A DNA stretch of 35,632 nucleotides from Parasitella parasitica NRRL 2501 (Eukaryota > Fungi > Mucoromycota). Shown in pieces: positions 1-8,839 of this stretch; within the stretch, counting starts at the first letter, position 1, and every line of letters begins with the position of its first letter. The stretch lies in the NCBI GenBank assembly GCA_025201805.1, contig MU619426.1, positions 1 to 35,632 of the forward strand, in the 5' to 3' direction. Made by a program: the position numbers and the translations under genes. Under the pieces are notes generated by a model. The model did no database searches. It worked only from the letters and a program-made list of their open reading frames with translations, and had not been told where the DNA came from.

Positions 1-422
1 ATATAGGTTGTAATATCAAATCGACAGGTGTATAAAGCTCCAGTTCATTTACTTCCCAGGTAGATGAACCTTCATATACTCAAGCTATGGATGAATGTTC
101 TATTCTCGTAATTTAACGTGCACAATGATTCTGATTAATTAGCATCTTAAATTTGTGCTAACCGACATCTCAGCAGACTAAAGAAAACTTATAGATCTAT
201 CTGAGTGAGTAGATATAGTCTTCACCCGACGTACTCTGATCAATCTTCCATACGAAGATTATTGATATCGATCCATGAGCGTATATCATCTCTAGTATAG
301 CCTTATTTAGTCTATGTTAATAGTAAATGTTAAAGTGTATATATCACTTGGTATTCATCTTAGCATATATTCGTACATGTAGCATGTCTATAGCATGTCA
401 TGAGCATATCTATAGAATTACA

Positions 423-640
423 GATATTGTACAAGTCTTTAGTGCATAATGTATCTGTAGACAGATCATGGATATAAGTATAAGTCTTGTAGTGCGTATT
501 TGGAAACTGCGTATCTGAAGCATAAATCTAGCACATGTCTAGGGTCATATCGAGATATTAGCATAAGTCTATAGCGTCATCCATCCTAATGGTGCCATCT
601 CTAGCCTATATCTTATATAGTATAAGTCTGTATTGTACAT
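423..640. repeat. Degenerate ~27-nt motif (GATAT..G(T/C)A(T/C)AAGTCT.TAG..) repeated at irregular spacing
   Basis: Copies at about 423-448, 471-498, 554-580 and 614-640, with a partial copy at about 518-537; no open frame supports coding. Confidence 0.45.
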
Positions 641-944
641 CTTACTGATTTTGCACAAATGTAGTCTATGTCAATTAAAGGTAGCTGGATGAATCTAGAA
701 CAGGAATGCAAATCATCAGGGTGAATATATTTTAAAGTAGTATTGTAAATCACTTTAAGTTTTAGATATGTATTCGAAAACAATTTTCATTTTGATTGAC
801 TGTTGTCTGTATTTATACACTACTTTCCTTGGTTGAATAGTAACTGCCATTTATTTAGCCTTCATCCTAAAGCTTAAAATCCTTCTAAAACCCTTACTTA
901 AACCAAACGATTAGAGATCTCGCTTTAAGTATCAATTCTTTGTT

Positions 945-992
945 TCCTATTTCTTATTCCCTATTCCCTATTCTCAATTCTCAATTCTCAAT
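945..992. repeat. Short 7-nt tandem repeats (CCTATTC / TCAATTC units)
   Basis: Directly visible: ...ttccctattccctattctcaattctcaattctcaat. Confidence 0.6.
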
Positions 993-1286
993 GATCATCC
1001 CCTATTTAAAAATTTAGGTACAGTACCAAATGTTTTACAATTTTAATTTGTTTCTTGGGTAAACACTTTTACTCAAAATTAACGCCAAAATTTGAGTTTT
1101 GTTAAACAGAGCATGCCCTTTTAGAGCACCAAATGCTTATCATTTTTATTCCATCCTTGATAAAACAAGAAAGAGACTTTTTAAAAATATTGCAGCACTA
1201 ATCCCTGAATCAGCAGCAAAAAAAAAAACTTGAATTAATTTGCTGTTTACAGTTCTGAAAACTAAACTACATAAAATCAAACATAA

Positions 1287-1481
1287 GGGAACCTTACAAA
1301 AAATATACGAAATGCACTAATATCTGATAATGTTTATTCACACAAGCCTTTATTGGAAGCAGCCAAGGTAAACGGGATGTCACTGTCAACAGCATATAAG
1401 TACGTGAAGATGTATCGAAGATTGTTGGGAGACGATTTATATCGTTTAAACCAACTTTTGAGAGACTTTGCACATAATTAG
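1287..1481 (+). pseudogene. Tc1/mariner (IS630-like) transposase N-terminal helix-turn-helix remnant
   Basis: ATG-less frame translating GNLTKNIRNALISDNVYSHKPLLEAAKVNGMSLSTAYKYVKMYRR, a typical 'AA...G.S.STAY.YVK.Y' HTH. TA|CAGT at 1019-1024 resembles a Tc1 terminus, but no partner TIR was found. Confidence 0.5.
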
Positions 1482-2547
1482 GATTAAATGTTTATAAATA
1501 TATTTAACACAATAGTTTGTGCACCTGCAGTACTTTCTTGTTTAAGCTGACCATGAAACCGTAATACATATGTATTTATGAATTTGACATTTTATAAGGA
1601 TCATATTAAATCTATCATACAATAATGACTTGCATCAATGGAGTAAATATCTCTCGACCAATTCTACCAGATTTGCTTTCAAAAGGCGTACTCAAGAGGC
1701 TTCAAGGGAGAGTTGCCTCAGTGATCGTTCTTAAAAATATTTCTCATGAAATACGCATGCTGATTGCGGATTTCTTACTCAATGCCACATCGTCTACTTT
1801 GCTCAGCTTTTTGCTACAAGCTGTGGAGTTCGATTGGACCATGTGGATTGATGTTACTCGATTCCAATATAATTGGCTTGATCCGCGTTTTTGGGCCCTC
1901 CATTGTCCAGATATCTTCGCTGGGGATTTTTGGGTGCTTGATGAATCTCATTTCATTTCGAACGCATTTATGACGACTATATTAACGATTACTACCTCAA
2001 ACTTAACCTTCAACATCGTGTAGCGCATCTATGTCTGCAAGAAGAAATCCTAAGCTAGATCCGAGGATGTATATCACGATTTATATGAGGAACCAATGAA
2101 AAAATTATTACGTGTTGTTATCTATCTATATAATTAAATGGAGTCTGCTAACTTTTTTTACACGCTTCGTAAAAAAAACAGCCGCATTAAAGTCGCTTGA
2201 AGCTCAAGAATAAAGCAAAACAAACCTAAGCCAAGAAGAAATGGAGTTAACAAATGCTTTAGTTGGTTTTTTCAGTTCCATTCCAGTTCGTTAAATTTCG
2301 AGAAGTCGACGTTGAGCCAAGCACATCCTCAATTTCAGAAACTAATTAAAAATACTTAAACACGTCAGAAAATTATAAGTAAAATATGTGCGTATGAAAC
2401 AAAACATATAATAGATGATCATGTACATTAATTTAAAATTAAAAAACTCTCTAAACAAAGTGAATAATGTCGAAATTCGGGCGAAAAAGCTTGAATCTTT
2501 CGAAATTGGACATGGTCTAACCAGCAAAGGCGACTTTTTAAGCTGCA

Positions 2548-2770
2548 TGTTGTATCCATATAAAGGCTACATATGTCATATCTAACTTAGTCATAATGCA
2601 CGGATCATNNNNNNNNNNNCAAACATCAGATGTTATGTGGATAAACATTGATTGGGATATATGTTAGTATAAATAGAGATCATATCTTGTGTCAATAAAA
2701 GTCTTCAGTTTTGTATCTGGTTTTATTCAAAAAGTCTTTATTACTTTATACAAATCTTATTTACATAACA
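2548..2770 (+). mobile_element. Solo LTR-like repeat nested in the Helitron (contains an 11-N assembly gap)
   Basis: Begins TGTTG, ends ACATAACA, contains TATAAAT and AATAAA. 2548-2608 and 2620-2683 are near-identical to 35097-35157 and 35370-35433. Confidence 0.7.
2609..2619. other. Assembly gap (11 N)
   Basis: N run in the sequence; the second repeat copy implies about 212 bp are missing. Confidence 0.95.
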
Positions 2771-2862
2771 TTACGCTGCGCCCTTTGACACTGGCACAAC
2801 ACTGCACACTCTGTTTTATTTAATACAAATATGTTGACACTTTTTATTACTACAAACACAGA

Positions 2863-3620
2863 GTGCGTGCTATTAGAATCTGCTCAAGCTGTGTTCAAGA
2901 AGACCATTCGCGTTCTGCAAGCAGGCTTTGCCTCAATAACACCCGTGCTAATACTAACACTTGCGGAAGCTGTGGTGTTATAGGCCATCATCGATCTTCT
3001 TATCGTCATTGCGCTAACAACATTGCTAATCGTATGACTCAAATTTGTTTTCACTTTACAATCATAATCGAACTCTTTGTATAAACTGGGATCTCAATCT
3101 GAAACTATGAAAGTAGATCAGCAAACAGAAACAATCAGCGTTAATGATGCTACAACCAGCAGACGTATTTGTTCAAGCTGTGGACAAGAAAGTCATTTGC
3201 GATCTACCAGTAGATTGGGTGCCAAAATAATACACAACAATACTCATAACATGGCTAGAAGAAGTACACTCTCTTTCACCAAACGCCATGATCTTGGTGG
3301 AAGGAACAGCATCTGTCGCCATTGTCAAGCATGCATGTGGGCATAGAGAAAAATGGAGGCACCAATGCAAACCCCGATTTCTCTTTGTACTGTCCTGAGT
3401 TGATTGCTAATTTTCTGTTAGACCGGTATTCACCATGACCATCAAGGCTCAACACTCGACTTTTTTGGTCTTTTTCTCACATGGCCAGTTATATGCTGCT
3501 TTCTCGCGCATTAAGGAGCTATCTTCAATCAAAATTCTTCTGCATAGAAATACCTCAACTACCAAAAACTATACTGGATCATACACCGATAATATTGTAT
3601 TCCATGAAGTATTTAAATAA
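2863..3620 (+). pseudogene. Helitron RepHel remnant: N-terminal Zn-binding motifs fused by deletion to the PIF1-helicase C-terminus
   Basis: Three CxxC-x4-H-x7-C-like knuckles (CSSCVQEDHSRSASRLC, CGSCGVIGHHRSSYRHC, CSSCGQESHLRSTSRLG), then HDLGG..ICRHCQACMW (Helitron N-terminal Zn motif), then MTIKAQ...FSHGQLYAAFSRIK...NIVFHEV (PIF1 motifs V/VI; consensus FAMTINKSQG...VFSHGQLYVALSR). Stops and frameshifts present; the Rep/HUH domain is absent. Confidence 0.85.
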
Positions 3621-4149
3621 CTCTACTGATTTTTACGTTTTTTTCCTATTGTGCGTTACTACATCTATATTTTTATTTCTGTCTAACAATATATTTTAAG
3701 TTATAGATAAACAACAATAAAAGAGCATTGAATATCTGATTAGCACTTATCAAAAGATTGAGCTCCCGGTAGGGCGACGATGGCCGTCGTGAGCGAAGCG
3801 AGCAGGTCAGCTAGTAACTTAATAAAAAAATTTGTTTGTGCTATTCGAGAGCACAGTGCGTCTAATTTTCAATAAATTTACTGCAAAGGAGTTTGTGGAC
3901 TAGGGCACTCAAAAAGTATAAAATAAAGTTATTTGAATTTGCATCTCGTTCTGAGAGATACCTTATACATTCATATTATCATCCCTATGAACAGCAACAA
4001 CGACATTAACACTGACAGTAAAATGTTTGATGCTAACAATGACGCTGTCATGGAGGAATAAAATCTGGATGTTGTTCAAGCCCTGGAAGGTGAAGATGCA
4101 ATTATGAAAAAAAAAAAAAAAGAGAACAGCAAGTGAGTCCTTGCAAAAG

Positions 4150-4808
4150 TGGAAAAAAGAGAATATACAAACACTTCAAGGGCACAATTTTATCGATCTG
4201 CTTATGGAAATGCAATCAGTACAAGATGCTGCTAATAAGGCTAGAATATACATTTTGACGGCTTATTAATCTTAGGATCAAGCATGAAGACATTCCCAAA
4301 AGAAAACCAAGAGGTTCTCCTAAAGCTAAGGCCTTCAAAACTGAGCATGTCTCTTTTGTCTTGAATTGAATGGGTTACCATGGAACTTACACTTTGCAGC
4401 AGATGCAGAAAAAAGCTTGTCGTGCAATATCCCAAAGCCAAGATGTCAAAGTCTGCACTCTATAGATACATCAAAAACGAATGCCATTGACGCAACAAAA
4501 AGGTTCAACTACTCAATGAATACCGAACTAGTACTGTAACTATTGAAAAGCGCAAGGAGATGTTTCGACAAAAACGGCTACTAGACGAAAATATGGACTT
4601 TGAGAAGAACTATGTCTTCTTGGATAAGGCTGGACTTCATCTTCACATGTCAACAAGGGCCATAGGGTGGTCGAAAATGGGCGAAGCATGCAAGATCAAG
4701 GCTCCCAAATCAGCTGGAATTACTATAACGATGCTTGGTGCAATCTATCATGGTGGTATCCTGGAGTCTAATGTTAGGAAGCCAACATCAGAAACTGTTT
4801 TCCCGTAA
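4150..4808 (+). pseudogene. Tc1/mariner (IS630-like DDE) transposase pseudogene, truncated after the first catalytic Asp region
   Basis: Frameshifted HTH segments (FIDLLMEMQSVQDAANKA; KMSKSALYRYIKNEC) then MDFEKNYVFLDKAGLHLHM..RAIGWSKMG...PKSAGITITMLGAI..GG....VRKP, matching the fungal Tc1/IS630 'N.VF.DE.GF.....R..GWS..G' block. Confidence 0.85.
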
Positions 4809-4861
4809 AAAGACGCCAATGCAGAAGACCGATGAAACAATCTTTCAACGGGGGGGGGGGA

Positions 4862-5164
4862 AACGATTCAGGTATAGATTTCTTTTTCATATTTAGGACT
4901 TGAATCAGTTCGTATGTAGCCACTGACGGTTATTCTATCTGTTTTCTTTTCTCTTGTGCCGTCAAGATGAAAAGGTAGCGCGTGCTCAAAAACAACCTAC
5001 AGATTTCACCGACGGTATATTGAAAAGGTTGTCAGGTTTGGGCTGTTGACCCTGGCGTTTGCGATATTATCACCAGATACATCCGAGGGACAAAGAACGA
5101 TAAGTTGAAATGAATCTTACCATTTGTATGATACGATTACAAAATATTATAATTAGGATAATTG
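4862..5164 (+). pseudogene. Fanzor1 (TnpB-like) fragment: pre-RuvC TDG motif and RuvC-I
   Basis: Manual translation across frameshifts: VATDGYSICFLFS ... KQPTDF..(D)IEK(G)CQVWAVDPGVCDII ... RTIS*NESYHL-YDTITKYYN*DNW|gtcagt. Colinear with the minus-strand copy at 23.7-24.1 kb (IYTDGYSVSFLFS ... KPSDLKKDIDNGCQVWAVDPG ... RSLCQKEYYHL ... YDAMYEFYIRGLW|gtaagt). Confidence 0.8.
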
Positions 5165-6666
5165 GTCAGTGTAAAATATGCCATTTTGATTAATTTCTAT
5201 AACAACCAACTCCCTAATGTTTTTGTGCGCCAAACTGAAACCAGCCATGGCTACCAACCTTCTTCTGTATGATCGATATAACTCCTTCATACATCCTTTC
5301 AGTGTATATTTTTATCTCTTTAAACAACATTGAAATCCACCTTCAACCAAACTAACAATCGTGATTACTTTTTTTTTTAAAAGGTAAGGATGTTTCAAAA
5401 TCAATGGCACAAAAAATGTTGGCACAATCAGTTTTATATTACAAAATATACACATTTTGGTATTTTTGTGCCATTAATTTTTTGGGGGAAAAGGTGTGAT
5501 TTCTTTTTGATTTTTTGATTTTTGCTTGTTCGAAAATAGTGTATGCCGTAGAACTCTGCTTTCGGATTGGTATAAATTTGGAATGTTCCCAAGAATTGAA
5601 CGTTATAGATCTCTGCCAGCACTGAGGAGGCACGTCATTATTAGTCCTTGGATATACGAAACAGCAAGAAGCTGGCTTCAAAAGCACTAAATAGATCAAT
5701 AATGATCATCCTACGGCGACATTCTGGACAGGTGATAAATGCAACGGGAAATCAGACAAAAAAAAAGTATAATCGTACATCTCTACTTTGTGATATTGCA
5801 AGAATGGACACAATTCTTCTGTGACATTTTTCAAGTCTAGCGTTTAGGGGGGGGGGGTGTTGTTTTCTTCTATTATTACTATATCCTGATAAAGTATGGA
5901 ATATTGCTCGGCTAATCCATCTGTTGTGCAACCTGTGAGGAGTCACGACTAAAAGGACCTATCGTTAGAAGAAAAGATTTTTGTTCCACTTTTTTCGAAT
6001 TACACGAATGCAAACGTGTAGTCAAACGACCAAATGATGAAGAAGCTTAGCCAAATCTGAACTTTTTACTGGGAAGGTCCTGATATATACCAAAGATGTT
6101 GTGTTTTCTTTCTTCGTCATCCAAACGTAAGTTGGTGCGTAGGAAAATAACCCCTCTTTGGATGGATTTTCTTTGTACTGATTATCAATAAAAAAAAGCT
6201 GATAGGATTTTGTATTCTGATGGTCGTTTGAAAATATCGCTAATGCCACAAATAGAAAAGACGTGAATTCAAAATGTCTACCTTTTAAAGCTCGATTTTT
6301 ATTCGTAATGAATTATCAAGGCGTAAATGTATGAAAGAAAGGAGCGTCAAACGCAATGTGTCTATATATATATATATATTTGATTTATACACTTGTGTAT
6401 AAAATGTAAATGCGAAAAACAACAAAAAATGAATCAAAGAGTTCGGGGGAGGTCAGTATTGCAAGATTTTTCCACTGGAGAGAGAATACAAAAATATATA
6501 ATGAAAAATTAACGAACGAGGTTGCTCTGAAAAAAAAAAAAGGAGGGGGCGAAAAAAAAAAGGGTAACAATACGGTAATATAATAGTATAAAATCAAAAA
6601 AGGAGGAAGGGAAAAATATGTTATGTATAATGGAGAGCAGATGGGACAAGATATCATGTGAAGCTA

Positions 6667-7341
6667 TCATGGTAAAGTCGTTGATGATGTGGAAGTTGTT
6701 GTCGTTGAGCTAGAAGAGGCATTATTATTCTTCAGTGTGGTGGTGGTGGTAGTTGTGGTGGTGGTTCTGATTGTGGTATAAACACTCTTTTCCTTGATAT
6801 CAGATTGCTGAGTAAAGTAAATCAGCCTTTGCTTTATACTCGTAGCAGTTTTCCATTCTTCCCAAACCTCGAATCGAAAAGAGTCGATCCTTTCCCTCTT
6901 GACTTGACCAGCCCCCTTTGCTTCCATTTGGGTTAGAACCACCATTAGTATGTTGCAGAGACGAGTGAATTTACGAAATGTTGTGTTCAGATACTGATCT
7001 ACTTGTTTTAATAGCAAGCCGTTACCGTAGCAAGAGACCCCTCCCTTTGCATCTTCATTTTGCAACAATTCAGGCTGATATCGCTTCAGAGCAGGGCACA
7101 CAGAGTCGCTGAAAGATTCTAACTCTCTTACCACGGCCTTGGCTTGGTATAAACATCGACAGAAATCAACAAACGCTTTATCCGTGACAGAGATATTAGT
7201 GTTACTGACCGAAGGCTTGCTAATCTTGCTATTTTTAACAGAAGTAGTAGTAGTGGTGGTGGTAGTAGTAGTGGTAGAGGGAGTAGAGGGAGTAGAGGCA
7301 GAATCAGGATTGGAATTGGATGTTGATTTAGAGACCTTCAT
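6667..7341 (-). CDS. Hypothetical protein (~224 aa) with Thr/Ser-rich low-complexity termini and a helical core
   Basis: Uninterrupted ORF. Likely start MKVSKSTSNS at 7341, after a poly-A leader; the upstream part of ORF 6667..7524 runs through homopolymers and is probably UTR. Confidence 0.7.
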   Translation of the reverse strand: MKVSKSTSNSNPDSASTPSTPSTTTTTTTTTTTSVKNSKISKPSVSNTNISVTDKAFVDFCRCLYQAKAVVRELESFSDSVCPALKRYQPELLQNEDAKGGVSCYGNGLLLKQVDQYLNTTFRKFTRLCNILMVVLTQMEAKGAGQVKRERIDSFRFEVWEEWKTATSIKQRLIYFTQQSDIKEKSVYTTIRTTTTTTTTTTLKNNNASSSSTTTTSTSSTTLP

Positions 7342-8173
7342 TTTTTTTTTTTTTTTTCCTGTTCGGATGTATCGAAAAAAAATAAATCTTGGGGAGAAAA
7401 CGGCGAGGGAGGGGATTTCCTGTATATGTTTAAAAAAAAAAAAAGAGGAAAAAAGACACAGTTGAATTCTTTTTGGCGGTTTAAAAGCATTTCTGGAGAA
7501 AAATCCAATTTTAACCATATACATTAGAATCCCCTTTCGCTTTCCCGATCAATATAATAGAAGTTTACAGAAGTTTTTGACCTGAGCAGATGCAAGCGAT
7601 TAGATGTCCGACTAAAGCTGGTTTCTGTTATCTTCTTCTTGCTTCCATGTTCATTTTGGGGGGTATACCGCACTAAAAGATGAATCTCGCTTGTTCTATA
7701 TCTGTGAGGTACTACAGATGCATCACCATGACTATTTTGGACAAATGATGATGTCAATAAAAGTAGAGTATTTTTACAAATAAATATTGTTGCATACATT
7801 TCCCAAGCACTTCAACTTGTATTGGAATCAAGCCAAGCAGCTCATATGGGAGTTGCAAAGCGGTGTCTTACACACATCACTTCTCCCGAACGCAACAATA
7901 TATCCCCTTTTAAATTTAGATCCATAAACCAACTAAGAAAATAAATAAACCGCAATTTTCCTAATGAAGAAAATATTGCATTATGAAATTTTGTACTAAT
8001 GGAAGTGTCCACAGAACATGGCACTTTATTATGTACTTGTAAACGAGAAAAAGAAAGCGATGTAATGACAATCATAGAGAAATCGGTGTGATAAAAGAGC
8101 TTTTATTTCTATTTTTTTCAATTTAAATATATACGGTCTTTTTAGCAATGTTCTATCGGATTCTTCGTGTTTG

Positions 8174-8513
8174 TTATTGACCCATCTTTTGCATCTTTTC
8201 ACCAACCTTACTGTTGGTTTCAAAGAATTTAGCAACGCAGTTATCGATACAGGCTTGATCTTGGGAAGATAAATCTCCTGAACCAGTGTCCAATTTTACA
8301 CATTTAGACTGGCAAGAATCGACGATTCTACATTTTGAGGGTTGTTTTTTTTTTTTTTTTTGTTTAGTGAATATTTATTTTTTTTGCGTACACATTAACA
8401 TTTGCATACCTGTTGAATAAGTCTGTCACCATCTCCAACTCTTGCTCGGCCAAAGCAATATTTTGAGGATTGATAGCTTGGTGCTGCTGGGTTCCGGTGC
8501 CAAAGTATGACAT
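8174..8513 (-). CDS. TIM10: Mitochondrial intermembrane-space small Tim chaperone Tim10 (85 aa, 2 exons)
   Basis: Exons 8513-8410 and 8327-8174 (GT-AG intron). Protein MSYFGTG...IALAEQELEMVTDLFNRIVDSCQSKC...QACIDNCVAKFFETNSKVGEKMQKMGQ has twin CX3C motifs and Tim10-typical AE.EL..VTD.FN and CVAK.FETN. Confidence 0.92.
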
Positions 8514-8839
8514 TTTGTTGTGCGTTTTGTAAAAGAAAAATGAACCTTGCACTACTAATAAGGTTGCGTGGGGGGGGGGAGGAGGAGAAGAGGGTGTGTG
8601 TGTGTGGGCTCATCTGGGATCCCTAGGAAACGGTCACCAGTCGAGATAGTGATTTTCGATCGACTCTTCATTGTCATGAAATATGCATTAATTGCCACCC
8701 CTTTCTCTCTTTGACATTGCAAATATGCGATAGAAGGTTCGCTAGTGGAAAGGAGATTTCATATTTTACACGTATTGATTTATTTTGCAATAATGAAATT
8801 CAAATAAATTGGTTGCATTTACAACATGTCAATTCGCTT

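Larger units (their letters stand above)
2121..3814 (+). mobile_element. Non-autonomous, internally deleted Helitron (rolling-circle transposon)
   Basis: 5' end A|TCTATCTATATAAT at 2120/2121; 3' end GC-rich hairpins (CGACG-ATGGC-CGTCG 3775-3789, GCGAAGC 3793-3799) then CTAG|T at 3811-3815; insertion between A and T without TSD; internal RepHel fragments. Confidence 0.85.

Noticed and set aside
423-640. Possible CRISPR-like repeat-spacer array
   Set aside because: Repeats are too degenerate, spacing is irregular, the context is eukaryotic and there are no cas genes.
1625-2023. 132-aa ORF
   Set aside because: No recognisable motif on either strand and it lies among transposon debris; cannot be supported as a gene.
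5403-5475. 13-bp inverted repeat AATGGCACAAAAA/TTTTTGTGCCATT
   Set aside because: Real but short and A/T-rich, with no target duplication or other MITE evidence; function unsupported.
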